A stretch of 64,000 nucleotides of DNA from a plasmid. The notes under the pieces are model-generated. The model saw nothing but the letters and a program-made list of their open reading frames with translations, was not told the DNA's origin and searched no databases. Where the stretch lies: sequence record NZ_CP022047.2; one strand, given 5' to 3'. The position numbers were made by a program, and so were the translations under genes. Positions 1-10,112 of the stretch are shown here, piece by piece. The stretch's first letter is position 1, and each line of letters opens with the position of its first letter.

Positions 1-8
1 TAAAATTA

Positions 9-932
9 TCACTCATCTAGATATAACATTTTAACTTGCTCACTTAAAACTTTAATCTTAACGGGTGTTTTAAATAAAATTTCTCCATCAATGTCTAACT
101 TAGTACTTGGTGTGGTTTCTAAAATCGCAGACTCACAAGATATGTGAGTTATACTTTCACTTATTTCATTCCAATTCATGCTATCTTTAACTTTAAAAAA
201 GTCATTAATAATACTAAAGTTTTGTTTGTCGAATATAAAAATATTCATTTTACCATCGTTAGGTGATAAATCCTCTAATGGTATTCTACTGCCACCTACA
301 TTTTGACCATTTGCTATTAAAATCATAGTTGTTTCACCTATATACTCAAGTTCATCGGCAATTATTTTATATTTATAAATTTCCGGATTTGAAACTGTTT
401 TAATTGTAGAAAATATATAACTAAATTTACCAAGAAGTTCTTTTTTATTAGATTCAACGTTTTCTGCATTTTGAACCATTAATCCAATTCCAGCAAAATT
501 CAAGGCATATGTACCATTAACATCTAAAACATCAAAAGATCTAATTTGACTATTTAGTAAATCTTGAGATGCTTGCAATGGCTTTTGTGATAGATTTAAT
601 GTTTTCGTAAAATCATTAAAGGTACCCCCCGGCAATACACCAATAGGTATTTGTAAATTGTTTTCGATAACTCCATTTATAAGTTCATTTAATGTGCCAT
701 CTCCACCTAATATAAATAAAACATCAAAAGAATGCCCAAACCTATTCTCAGCTATCTCTTTACAATATGATTTAATTTGCCCTTCTTCCTTACTCAGTTT
801 AATCGTTAAGTCATCACACATTTGAGTTAAATTTTCCGTAACTTTTCCAATTTCTTTATAAATATTACCTTGGCCGGCTGATTCGTGATAAAATAGTATG
901 CCTTTATGAAAATGTTGGTTCATTATCTTCAT
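9..932 (-). CDS. DagK-family lipid kinase (diacylglycerol kinase catalytic domain, YegS/DgkB-like)
   Basis: Complete 307-aa ORF. It carries a 'LFILGGDGTLNE' nucleotide-binding motif typical of DAGK_cat. Confidence 0.55.
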   Translation of the reverse strand: MKIMNQHFHKGILFYHESAGQGNIYKEIGKVTENLTQMCDDLTIKLSKEEGQIKSYCKEIAENRFGHSFDVLFILGGDGTLNELINGVIENNLQIPIGVLPGGTFNDFTKTLNLSQKPLQASQDLLNSQIRSFDVLDVNGTYALNFAGIGLMVQNAENVESNKKELLGKFSYIFSTIKTVSNPEIYKYKIIADELEYIGETTMILIANGQNVGGSRIPLEDLSPNDGKMNIFIFDKQNFSIINDFFKVKDSMNWNEISESITHISCESAILETTPSTKLDIDGEILFKTPVKIKVLSEQVKMLYLDE

Positions 933-936
933 TCCT

Positions 937-1362
937 TTATTTTTCTTTTATTATTAATATTGGTAATGTTGATATTTTACTTATTTTATGAGTTACACTA
1001 CCTAAAATGTTTTTTATTTCACTATTTGCTTTTTTATTCCCTAATATAATTAGATCATATGTATCATTATTACTTTCTTTTATTATTTCTTTAATAATAT
1101 CCCCACGTCCTATTTTCAGGTCACATTCAAATCCACTTTTTTCCAAAATTGAAACTAGTGTATTTAGATTTTTTTTCTTATTCTCAATTAATACTTCTAA
1201 ATGAATACCTTTATATCTAACACTTTGCTCTAATTCTTTTTGTGAAATAACATGAAATAAAGTAATTTTTGTTTTATCCATAGATGTTAATTTTTCAAGT
1301 TCATATATAAAAACATCTATTTGTAAGTTTAGATCATATGCTAATAATATTCTTTTAAACAC
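937..1362 (-). CDS. Universal stress protein (UspA family)
   Basis: 141-aa ORF. It ends in 'DLIILGNKKANSEIKNILGSVTHKI', a UspA-like ATP-binding C-terminal pattern. It overlaps the kinase stop by 4 nt, consistent with operon organisation. Confidence 0.5.
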   Translation of the reverse strand: MFKRILLAYDLNLQIDVFIYELEKLTSMDKTKITLFHVISQKELEQSVRYKGIHLEVLIENKKKNLNTLVSILEKSGFECDLKIGRGDIIKEIIKESNNDTYDLIILGNKKANSEIKNILGSVTHKISKISTLPILIIKEK

Positions 1363-1582
1363 TGCGTTACCTCCTTATAATATTAAGATTAAACTATCCA
1401 TAGATTTATCATGTTAAACTAAAAGAAAACTGAATTTTGTATTGTAAACTATCACTATGTCAAATTATGTCGTAGTGATAGATCTTTATGCTTACTGCTA
1501 CTATTACTTTTATTCATATTTTAATATAAAATATATCCAAGAGCATGTAGTTATTATTTAAGATATTAATATCATACTAAAA

Positions 1583-1620
1583 ACCCCCTTACTTTTTTAT
1601 AAGTAGGGGGTTTTTGAATA
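1583..1620. terminator. Bidirectional intrinsic terminator
   Basis: Hairpin 'aaaaaCCCCCTTACttttttataaGTAGGGGGttttt' with A/T runs on both sides. Confidence 0.5.
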
Positions 1621-1683
1621 ATACAAATTACATAAGGATTCATTAATACATATCAAAAATTGATATTCCAAGACATTTATAAA

Positions 1684-2165
1684 TGGAAACTCATATGACC
1701 ATAAGTCTAATTTAACAAATATTTCTTATTAATACAATATTTAATAGAAGAAAATAAGAATTATATCCCTAAAAACTGGCTTTTCAATTAGGCAAGTTTT
1801 TAGGGATATCGTAATCTACATAAGGGTTGATAATTAATTTCAGAAACTTATTATTCAAATACTTTAGAATAAGGATTGGTTAATATGACCGTAAGTCTAT
1901 TATAACAAAATCAAAAATATTTCTAGTATAAAGTAATCAATATACATAAAATTTAATAGTTGGAATGAAAAATAATTAATCACCTCTTATTAGTATATAA
2001 ATAAGAGGTGATTTGAAAGGTTTCTTATTAAAAACGGGATTTAATTAATATCGGGATTGGTTATTAATTAAGGAAACTTATACGACAAAAATGGCGGGTA
2101 CTTTCGACCCTGAGTCGATTATAACAAAGATTAAAAAAATTTACTATACTTATACTAATAATATT
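1684..2165. repeat. Three degenerate tandem ~190-bp repeat units; the last unit is near-identical to 51607-51745
   Basis: Units start near 1684, 1877 and 2071 and share 'ggaaacttatacgac...gtcgattataacaaa' cores. Each is followed by a different hairpin, e.g. 'GATATCCCTAAAAACT..AGTTTTTAGGGATATC' and 'AATCACCTCTTAT..ATAAGAGGTGATT'. Confidence 0.5.
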
Positions 2166-3466
2166 TGACCAACTTTGATAGTATTATTCTTTAAGTTATT
2201 ATCTTTCTTTATTTTTTCAACACTTGTTTTATACTTTTTGGATATACTATACAATGTATCTTTTTTAGCTACTTTATGTGTTTTCTTTAAATACATTATC
2301 TGATTTACTTTAATACTATCATTTTTCATATAATTCCATTTTTTTATATTAGTAACACTTTTACCACTTCTTTTTGAAATGCTATATAACGTATCGCCTT
2401 TCACTACTTTATATGTGTTTCCTTTGATTGCTGTTGTATTACCAGTATTCGTTGCTGGAGCTTTTAACTTGAGTGTTTGTCCTATTTTAAGTGTATCTGA
2501 CTTTAATTTATTCCACTTTTTGATATTAGTAACACTTTTACCACTTCTTTTTGAAACACTATATAATGTGTCTCCTTTTACTACTTTATATGAGTCTCCT
2601 TTTATAGGTGTAGCATTATTATTATTACTTCCTGAATTAGCCTTAAAATGTTTGTTAACCAATTCATAAAATTGATTCATATTGTATCCCCATTGATTGA
2701 AATATCCAACTGGATCTGTATGATCAGTACCACCCCAATATCTTGAAATAGCATTATGACTTATAATTGTCCCACTTCCCTGATTATTATCTGCTAGAGA
2801 AGGTTTTAAACCATTTTGCTTTAGCATCTGTGCCGTCAAATATGCTTGATTATTTACAGATCTGGCAAATTCATCAAATGAATGTGCTCTTACTAATTCA
2901 ATTTGATAAAAGTATGGATTGGCATTTGCTCCGGCACCCCATGCTAAATAATTACTTGGTGCTGTTTGTATAATTTTATTACCACTCGCATATGCATGAA
3001 CAAAGGCATTGAAATAGTTATTATACATATAATTTACTTCCCCTTCTATTGTACTGTTAGGGTTAGCTGTTTCATGTATTACAACGCCAATAAATTTACT
3101 AGATTTATAATTATACTTTGGTAATGTGTTAATTCTTGAATCTTTCACAATTTTTGAAGGTTTAATACTATTTTTACTAATATAACTATTAACATCTTGA
3201 TATGTACGTCTAGCACTATACTGGCTTGTATTTTCTTGGTGATCAGATACTTTGTTATGCAATAATAAATCTTGAGGTGTTAATTGAGATTTAAGTTCCG
3301 ATGGACTCATTTGTTGAGCTTTTTTGAAATCAATAGGCTTACTTGTTTGTTTATTTTCTTGAACTTGATTTGTGTTCATTCCATTTTCACTTGCCTCAAC
3401 TTGTCCTAAATTTAATAATAATAATGCTGACGATAAGACGCCAATTAGATGATTTTTATACCTCAT
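2150..3466 (-). CDS. Secreted N-acetylmuramoyl-L-alanine amidase (Amidase_2/PGRP-like) with three C-terminal LysM repeats
   Basis: N-terminal signal peptide. Central 'GVVIHETANP...HTDP' amidase region. Three repeats of 'YKVVKGDTLYSISKRSGKSVTNIKKWN' (LysM). Confidence 0.7.
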   Translation of the reverse strand: MRYKNHLIGVLSSALLLLNLGQVEASENGMNTNQVQENKQTSKPIDFKKAQQMSPSELKSQLTPQDLLLHNKVSDHQENTSQYSARRTYQDVNSYISKNSIKPSKIVKDSRINTLPKYNYKSSKFIGVVIHETANPNSTIEGEVNYMYNNYFNAFVHAYASGNKIIQTAPSNYLAWGAGANANPYFYQIELVRAHSFDEFARSVNNQAYLTAQMLKQNGLKPSLADNNQGSGTIISHNAISRYWGGTDHTDPVGYFNQWGYNMNQFYELVNKHFKANSGSNNNNATPIKGDSYKVVKGDTLYSVSKRSGKSVTNIKKWNKLKSDTLKIGQTLKLKAPATNTGNTTAIKGNTYKVVKGDTLYSISKRSGKSVTNIKKWNYMKNDSIKVNQIMYLKKTHKVAKKDTLYSISKKYKTSVEKIKKDNNLKNNTIKVGQILLV

Positions 3467-3493
3467 TTTATATCTCCTTTAATATTATGGTTT

Positions 3494-4087
3494 TTACGTA
3501 CTCCAAATGCCAACTTTTTTTGAATGTGCTATACTTTCTCTTTTTTCTAAAATTGATAAATATTTTTGATTGGGAGCTACAAACATCGTTTTAGCTAAAC
3601 CCCTGTCTATCAACATTTCATTCAACATCTTTTTATCATTTAACCATACATAAGCTAGTCTTCTACCATATTTGTCATACATTTCTTCATCATATTCAAG
3701 AATAACATCCTTATCTTCAATTATTTTTTTTGTAAATATCGATGCTTTTTTTCCATATGGTTCTATAGGTGTGTTTGGTTTGACAGTCTCAGGTGTATCG
3801 ACGTTCAATAATCGTACCTTAAAAGCATTATCAATTCCATCTTTTCTTGCTATAAATGTATCGCCATCTATGACCCTTTCAACATATACTTTTTCTTTTT
3901 CCGATCTCTCATCAAGTTTAACACTTGTTTCATCATTTTTGACATTTTGTTCGATTTGTTCTAACGATTTTTGAGTTTTAAAATATTCGATTACATCATC
4001 AATTTTTGTATCACCTACTACGACAGTAAACAATACAACGATAATTAGTCCAATACCTGATAAGATACTAAATATTCTGTTTTTCAC
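3494..4087 (-). CDS. nuc: Thermonuclease (staphylococcal nuclease/SNase family), membrane-anchored or secreted
   Basis: N-terminal TM/signal region. SNase motifs 'DGDTF...VRLLNVDTPE...YGRRLAYVW'. Confidence 0.8.
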   Translation of the reverse strand: MKNRIFSILSGIGLIIVVLFTVVVGDTKIDDVIEYFKTQKSLEQIEQNVKNDETSVKLDERSEKEKVYVERVIDGDTFIARKDGIDNAFKVRLLNVDTPETVKPNTPIEPYGKKASIFTKKIIEDKDVILEYDEEMYDKYGRRLAYVWLNDKKMLNEMLIDRGLAKTMFVAPNQKYLSILEKRESIAHSKKVGIWST

Positions 4088-4227
4088 GTCTATATCTCAC
4101 TCTTTCTTCTTTTTATATCTACTTGAAATTTTAATATTTTTCTAACTCAATATATCAATAGATTGATTATAATCTGTTTTCACTTCTAATATACTACCTG
4201 AATAATGGTCGATTTGTATACAAATAT

Positions 4228-4440
4228 TTAAGTTTTTATTATACGCATGGATGATAATGATAAAAAGCTGTGTTTTCCTTGTATTATTTTTTGACAGTGT
4301 TCACAAGTAACCTTTCGACTGAATATAGGTTTCCAATTTCTTTTGATATTTGTTGTGCTCATCTTTAGACATGATTCACAATATATATGTGTATCTATAA
4401 TTCCATTTTTCATTTGCGTGACTAATATACCTGTATCCAC
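4228..4440 (-). CDS. Small zinc-ribbon protein (CxxC...CxxC)
   Basis: 70-aa ORF carrying 'CESC' and 'CEHC' pairs. The function call is weak. Confidence 0.3.
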   Translation of the reverse strand: MDTGILVTQMKNGIIDTHIYCESCLKMSTTNIKRNWKPIFSRKVTCEHCQKIIQGKHSFLSLSSMRIIKT

Positions 4441-4461
4441 AAATGAATCACTCCTTTATAA

Positions 4462-4494
4462 TAATAACCCCGTCGAAATCGACGGGGTTACTGT
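4462..4494 (-). terminator. Intrinsic terminator after the ArdC/primase-like gene
   Basis: Hairpin 'AACCCCGTCGAtttcGACGGGGTT' immediately 3' of the 4496 stop on the minus strand. Confidence 0.5.
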
Positions 4495-4495
4495 T

Positions 4496-6865
4496 TCACG
4501 TTGTCTTTTCCATCCCTAAAGAACCTTGATTCTCAGGGACTAACTTAAAATTTTCTATCGTTGAATCTTTAGACTTTTTCAGTACGTCGTTCCAGTCTTT
4601 ACATTCTGTAATATCGTGTGGCATATCACGAACAATTTGTATATCTTGACCATTTTGATTAGATATCTTCTCAGGGTATTTATTTGCGAATTTTCCCCCT
4701 TTATCATCATTATCCACACATAAATGTACACGCTCAGGATAGTCTTCATGTTTCTTTACATAATTGTATATAGCCCCTGCAACTGCTTGTTCTTTTAAAC
4801 CACTCATAGATACATACATACCTGATTTTCTATGAATAGATGCATAACTCATCGCATCTATTGGCGATTCAAATATATAAATATTTTTACTATCTCCTAG
4901 TTCAAAATTGAAGCTGTTTTGAACATCACTACCTGCCTCAATACCTTTAAATTTTGTTTGACCTGTTCCAACTTTTTCAGCACCAGTGATATTATTTTGA
5001 TAGTCCTTCCATATGAATACTGTATTGTTACGCTTATCTTGTTTGATAGAATTTTGTTGAATCAGTTGTTCAACTAAACTTTGATCAATAGCTCTAGTCT
5101 CTGTTAAATATTGAATGGACGCGTTCATTTTATCCTTTTCTACAAAATTACCTTCATCATATGTGTACGCCTCTGTGGTTTTTCCAACAATTTCAGCTTT
5201 TGATAACTCTGCTTCATTTAAATATTTCACGGCTTCTTTAAAAGAAAGATCTTTTTCTTTTTGAATAAAATTAATAGGATTACCATACTCGTCTTTTGAG
5301 TACCAATGGTACGTATTCTTGCTTAGATTAATGTTTAATGAGTCATGTTCTAGAGATCTTACATAATTTTTTCCAACCTTTTGAAATGTATATCCGCAAC
5401 TTTCTGCAACTTCTACCATATCTCGTTTTTCTGCGTATCTCACTTCTTCATCTGTAACCTTTTGTCGACTATTAATTTCTGATTCGAAACTAAACGGTTT
5501 CTCTATCTCATTACAAAACTTTACACTCTGTGGAAAACTCTTTTTTTGTTCATTGATACAATAATCTATACCATTGCCACCCTTTTTTAGTTCTTGATTA
5601 AAATACGTATTTGTATTTTTGAAAAATTTAATATGTTGATGTTCTCGGTCAACATATAAGTTTTCATTTATCTTTTCAAGTTGAACACCACAATTATATG
5701 CCACATCTAAAACTGATTTTTTTCGCGCTAATGCGATTTCATCTTCTGTGACACGGTAAAAACGTTCTTTATGGTCAATTGTAATAGATTTTTCTTCTGT
5801 TTCCTTAACTTTATAATTTCCTTCCGTTTTTACTTCACTATTTTTATTTATTCCTTCATTTTCTTTATAGAATACTTTTATTTTTTCTTGATCAATATGT
5901 TCTTCGATACCCTCGATAATCTCACTAGAAAATTCAGAAATACGATTCATACTTTGTTCAATATCTTCTATTTTTGTAAGTTCTTCTGTCCATTTGGATA
6001 CGTATCTTATAGAATATTCCTTGGTATCTACACCAAAATGCTTCGAAACAACATAAGCTGTCAATTCAGCTTCCATTTCTTTTTGAGAACGGCTTATATC
6101 TTTATCACCTGTATGATATAAAGCATGTGTCGTTTCATGTAGTAATGTTTTCATACGTTCATTATCTGATAGACGACCATTGACTTTGACTTCTTTTGTG
6201 CCATCTTGATAGTGAATTGCCATACCTTTTTTTGTACCCATGAGCTGATTATCTAGACTATTTAAATCGTATTTAATATTGTGCATATCTAATAACTTTT
6301 GATTGGCAGAAATGATGTCCTTACCTATATGAGGATCTTTAGAATAAAAATCTTCTCGCTTATTAGGATAATACTCAGGGTAGTCAGGTGCTTTGGCATA
6401 AGTTTGAGTGATATCATATACATCTACAAGTTTGTAATAATGTAACTTTTTTATGACAGGTATTTCTTTCTTTTTCACTTTTTCTTTCTCTTCTTTTGTC
6501 GCAAATCGATATAACACATTTTTATCTCCGCGTTTTACAAATGTTTGATAATGTGGAGCAACAATTTTAATTGGTTTTTCATTTGGCATTACTTTAACAC
6601 CAAGTGCTTCTTCAAATTGGCGCTTTCCTTTTAAAAACCCCGCATTCGGATACTGACTTTGAATCATCATTTGATTTTTAAATGAATGTTGTGTTGAATG
6701 TGCCATGAAATCAAGCGTTTCAAATACTTTACTTGGATCATCTTTAAAATCTAACACTTGTCTAACTGCCTTGTTTGTTTTTCGTTTAAGTTCTTCTTCT
6801 TTTTGTTTTCGATAAGCTACTTTATCAAAATCATTTTTTGTCATTTTATTGCCACCTTTCTTCAA
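4496..6865 (-). CDS. Conjugative-element ArdC-like ssDNA-binding/HExxH metalloprotease domain fused to a primase-like domain (degenerate CHC2 repeats plus Toprim)
   Basis: The N-terminal half carries 'LLHETTHALYH' (HExxH). The middle has two tandem cysteine-less zinc-finger-like repeats ('TEDEIALARKK..VAYNCGVQ..' and 'TDEEVRYAEKR..VAESCGYT..'). The C-terminus is Toprim-like ('IYIFESPIDAMSY...VHLCVDNDDKGG'). Confidence 0.55.
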   Translation of the reverse strand: MKKGGNKMTKNDFDKVAYRKQKEEELKRKTNKAVRQVLDFKDDPSKVFETLDFMAHSTQHSFKNQMMIQSQYPNAGFLKGKRQFEEALGVKVMPNEKPIKIVAPHYQTFVKRGDKNVLYRFATKEEKEKVKKKEIPVIKKLHYYKLVDVYDITQTYAKAPDYPEYYPNKREDFYSKDPHIGKDIISANQKLLDMHNIKYDLNSLDNQLMGTKKGMAIHYQDGTKEVKVNGRLSDNERMKTLLHETTHALYHTGDKDISRSQKEMEAELTAYVVSKHFGVDTKEYSIRYVSKWTEELTKIEDIEQSMNRISEFSSEIIEGIEEHIDQEKIKVFYKENEGINKNSEVKTEGNYKVKETEEKSITIDHKERFYRVTEDEIALARKKSVLDVAYNCGVQLEKINENLYVDREHQHIKFFKNTNTYFNQELKKGGNGIDYCINEQKKSFPQSVKFCNEIEKPFSFESEINSRQKVTDEEVRYAEKRDMVEVAESCGYTFQKVGKNYVRSLEHDSLNINLSKNTYHWYSKDEYGNPINFIQKEKDLSFKEAVKYLNEAELSKAEIVGKTTEAYTYDEGNFVEKDKMNASIQYLTETRAIDQSLVEQLIQQNSIKQDKRNNTVFIWKDYQNNITGAEKVGTGQTKFKGIEAGSDVQNSFNFELGDSKNIYIFESPIDAMSYASIHRKSGMYVSMSGLKEQAVAGAIYNYVKKHEDYPERVHLCVDNDDKGGKFANKYPEKISNQNGQDIQIVRDMPHDITECKDWNDVLKKSKDSTIENFKLVPENQGSLGMEKTT

Positions 6866-6911
6866 ATAAAAAAGCGTGCTAACAATGTCAGCACGCTTTT
6901 ATGAAATATTA

Positions 6912-7124
6912 TTAAATTTTCCAATAAATTTTAGGTAACACATACATTCTGTGTTCGATTGACTCCCCATACTCAATATCTGCTTTTTGATCATCTGTTA
7001 ATGGCAAAGAGAATTCTTCATCATTTCGATGGTCATAATACACAGCATTTTCATCTTCTAATCGTAATACAGCATACATATCTTGATTATCAGGTATATC
7101 GATATTATATAATTCGTCTTTCAT
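6912..7124 (-). CDS. Small acidic hypothetical protein
   Basis: 70-aa ORF rich in D/E. No recognisable domain. Confidence 0.25.
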   Translation of the reverse strand: MKDELYNIDIPDNQDMYAVLRLEDENAVYYDHRNDEEFSLPLTDDQKADIEYGESIEHRMYVLPKIYWKI

Positions 7125-7344
7125 ATCCTCACCTCCTTATAATGTTTATTGTTGTAAAAATTACAGTTTAATGGGATAATATCATTGTCCAAAATCCCTC
7201 TTTGCCTCAAGCTAGAGGGGTTTTTCTATTAATTGCATACTATTTACAAAAATGTTATAGTGTATTTAATAAAATTTTCAATTTTTTAAACACCAAACCC
7301 CTCACTACTGCGAATAGTGAGGGGTTTTTTAGGTGTTGGCATAT

Positions 7345-7440
7345 CGCCTATTATTTTTTCTCGTTACGTTTTCGTAGACAATAAGCGAATAACGCAACGG
7401 CATAACCACTTATAATCGTAGCTGCAATATGTCATTTTTC
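7345..7440 (-). pseudogene. Truncated Fst/PepA1-like type I toxin remnant (3' part only) with its terminator
   Basis: Minus-strand frame encodes '...IAATIISGYAVALFAYCLRKRNEKK*', preceded by an in-frame TGA with no start codon. It is followed by the same 'ataggcga..ccaacacctaaaaaacccctcactat' terminator block seen at 24300 and 24520. Confidence 0.4.
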
Positions 7441-7441
7441 T

Positions 7442-8002
7442 CTATTTCTTTTTACTTTCATTTACCACTCTATACACTGTTGAACGACTAACACCTGTTC
7501 TTTTCGCAATTTCTTCAGTCGTAATTTCTCCTTCATTATATAAAAATAAAATTTCACGCCTTTTATGATCAGGAAAAGATGGGCGTCCTCCTTTTCGACC
7601 TCTAGCCCTAGCTGCCTCCAAACCTTTTTTAGTTCGTTCACTTAATAAATTTGCTTCTAATTCTGCAAAAGCACTCATCATTGTGAAAAACATTTTGCCC
7701 ATTGCGTCCTTAGTACTTATATTCATATCTATAATTTGTAAATTTATTTTGTTTTCATCCAACCATTGAGACAACTCGATTAATTGTTTTGTTGTCCGTC
7801 CTAATCTATCTAACTTAAATATAACAAGTGTATCTCCATCACGTAAGTAGTCTAAACACTTATCAAGTTCAGATCGCTTTATTTTTCTGCCACTTACTTT
7901 CTCAGAGAAAATTCGTTCACATCCATATTTTTCTAGAGCATCTATTTGACTATCTAAACTTTGATCTTTAGTAGAAACTCGTGCATAACCTATTTTCGCC
8001 AT
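7442..8002 (-). CDS. Serine recombinase, resolvase/invertase family (Sin/Bin/Res-like)
   Basis: 'MAKIGYARVSTKDQSLDSQ' N-terminal catalytic Ser motif. C-terminal HTH 'TGVSRSTVYRV'. Confidence 0.85.
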   Translation of the reverse strand: MAKIGYARVSTKDQSLDSQIDALEKYGCERIFSEKVSGRKIKRSELDKCLDYLRDGDTLVIFKLDRLGRTTKQLIELSQWLDENKINLQIIDMNISTKDAMGKMFFTMMSAFAELEANLLSERTKKGLEAARARGRKGGRPSFPDHKRREILFLYNEGEITTEEIAKRTGVSRSTVYRVVNESKKK

Positions 8003-8110
8003 GTGTTATCCTCCAAATTATTATAATTGTTATCTGAGCGTTCAACATAACGTTTCTAAACTCATCTACTTTTATAATTATAGCACATTGATTATGAAAC
8101 AAGTTTTGGC
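8003..8110. promoter_or_regulatory. Possible res/crossover region and promoter of the resolvase gene
   Basis: AT-rich region immediately upstream of the resolvase with short dyads ('ttataattgttat', 'ttataattatag', 'cgttcaacataacg'). Positional inference only. Confidence 0.2.
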
Positions 8111-8237
8111 AATAAAGAATTTAAGAAAAAAGTCTTATTGCATAAGACTTTTTTCTACTTTTGAATTTTAATATTTTCTTCATTCCAAAAACATTCGTTT
8201 TTGAAACGAAAAATTTTTTATATTCATTTTAATCTCC

Positions 8238-9443
8238 TCAACCCTGTCTTTTACTAAATACAAATGTAGCTACTAATATAGTAGTAACATTTATTAAAAC
8301 AGCAGCATAAATAATATTTAATATGTCGACTAAATAGCTAAATAGCATGACCACTATTGGAGGTGGTATTCTTAAAGCTAGAGATCTAAAACTACTAACT
8401 CTTCCTATAAATTCATTACTTGTTTCTTTTTGAATAAAAGTATTAATAAAGATAACACTTAGGCTGGAAGTGATACCTGTTAAAAATATTAGAGCAATTA
8501 CTAAGAAGGTATTTGGAACCATCACAGTTAATATAACTAATATAGAATATAGAACTATTAGTAGATAATTAACAGTACTCTCTTCTATTAGTTTTAATAT
8601 ATATGAGGCGCTAAAAGTTCCAACTATTGATCCGACGGAAAAACTTATTGTTAATAATGATAAACCTACTGATCCTAATTTTAAATTATCTGATAAAAGT
8701 ACAAACATTAAGCTAATAGGTGCTACTGATATATTAATAATAACCAAATAGTATATTGACTGCTTTAATAATCTTGAACTTGATTTTAAGTATTTAAATG
8801 ATTCTACTATACTACCTTTTATTCTTTTATCTATAATTTGTTGAGAAAAAGTTGGAACATACGCAAATTTCATTAGGATGGCTCCTCCTAGAAATAAAAT
8901 ACTTCCTAAAAATAGTGTATTAATTAAGCCTATTGTTTCAACTAAAACTCCACCTAATAATAATCCAATAATATTACATATATGTTTTACAAATTCAATA
9001 GAACTATTAGCTATAACTAGGTTCTTATCGTTTATTGATTTTTTTATAGTTGCTTGGAAGCTCGGAAGATAGAAAGAATTTAGTACTGATAAAATGAAGA
9101 CTAATACATACAACAATATAACGTTTAAAATATGATTTTGAACGTTATAAAAGAGAAAAGCAGACACCAACAACAATAAAAATCGCGATATATTTGTTGT
9201 TATTAATATATTTTTATTGTTGTACAAATCAGCTAAAGATCCAGAGTAAAAAGAAAAAATTATTATGGGTAAAACTTGGAATAGCGTTAATAACCCAACC
9301 AGATAAACATTATCAGTATATATATATAAGCTCCATAATACAGCAATCCCTAAAAAGGATTCACTTACTCTAGTTAATGCTAAAGACGATAAAATCAGAT
9401 GAAAATCAATACTCTTTATGAAATGTTTCATAGTTACTACCAC
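8238..9443 (-). CDS. MFS-type transporter (12 predicted TM helices)
   Basis: 401-aa highly hydrophobic ORF with the helix pattern typical of the major facilitator superfamily. Confidence 0.55.
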   Translation of the reverse strand: MVVTMKHFIKSIDFHLILSSLALTRVSESFLGIAVLWSLYIYTDNVYLVGLLTLFQVLPIIIFSFYSGSLADLYNNKNILITTNISRFLLLLVSAFLFYNVQNHILNVILLYVLVFILSVLNSFYLPSFQATIKKSINDKNLVIANSSIEFVKHICNIIGLLLGGVLVETIGLINTLFLGSILFLGGAILMKFAYVPTFSQQIIDKRIKGSIVESFKYLKSSSRLLKQSIYYLVIINISVAPISLMFVLLSDNLKLGSVGLSLLTISFSVGSIVGTFSASYILKLIEESTVNYLLIVLYSILVILTVMVPNTFLVIALIFLTGITSSLSVIFINTFIQKETSNEFIGRVSSFRSLALRIPPPIVVMLFSYLVDILNIIYAAVLINVTTILVATFVFSKRQG

Positions 9444-9764
9444 TCTCTTTCATATAAAATATGATTTTTGCTATTTAAAAAGTTACTACATTAGTTGTAC
9501 ATTAAATTTTGCATGGTATTGTTTTTGTTTCTTGAATACTGTTCCAACCCTCTAATCCTATAATTACTGTTTCAATATGATTATTCTTACCATTAATATA
9601 CTCAGCCTCGTGATTTTCATTAACATTGCGTATTAATTCATAAAAATTTGTCCTTGATTATGTTGGCAATTTTATATTCATTTTTTAAGCACTTCTTTAT
9701 TATTTTTAATATATTTATATTATTACGTACTTAATTACGTATGTATATAAATATAAAAAATTAA

Positions 9765-10085
9765 CTATTTGTCTTCATAATCTACTATATTTCCTCCAAA
9801 TTTTCTGTTATGTTTATATTGATTTATTACTTTATAGATTAGAAAGTGCCAACTTATTTTGTTCGTGAAGAAAGTCATAAAGTAAACAAATAGTATGATA
9901 AACACTGACTCTGGAATATTTTCTTTATATACAGATTCAATTACAACCACTATACTGATTAAACCCATTATCAGCATCATCAAAAACCCAAATAGTATTA
10001 TTAAAATATCTATTATTACCATCAAAATAATTAAGAACCTTTTCCCATATTTTTTGAAGTTTTCCATATATCTCTCCTTATCCAT
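9765..10085 (-). CDS. Small membrane protein
   Basis: 106 aa with two or three hydrophobic helices. Confidence 0.25.
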   Translation of the reverse strand: MDKERYMENFKKYGKRFLIILMVIIDILIILFGFLMMLIMGLISIVVVIESVYKENIPESVFIILFVYFMTFFTNKISWHFLIYKVINQYKHNRKFGGNIVDYEDK

Positions 10086-10112
10086 TTATAATAGTAGAAA
10101 CTCGTCACAAAA

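Noticed and set aside
1007-1204. 65-aa plus-strand ORF inside the usp gene
   Set aside because: Antisense frame artefact within the UspA-family CDS.
5771-6121. Plus-strand 116-aa ORF (and similar plus-strand ORFs at 15187, 25925, 26536, 27541, 30878, 34814, 35408, 36084, 36933)
   Set aside because: They are embedded antisense to long, well-supported minus-strand genes. They have low-complexity F/L/I-rich composition typical of AT-rich antisense frames and no SD.
9444-9764. AT-rich ~320-bp gap between the MFS gene and the small membrane protein as a possible origin or iteron region
   Set aside because: No repeated iteron-like units or dyads could be identified by eye. It looks like plain AT-rich spacer.
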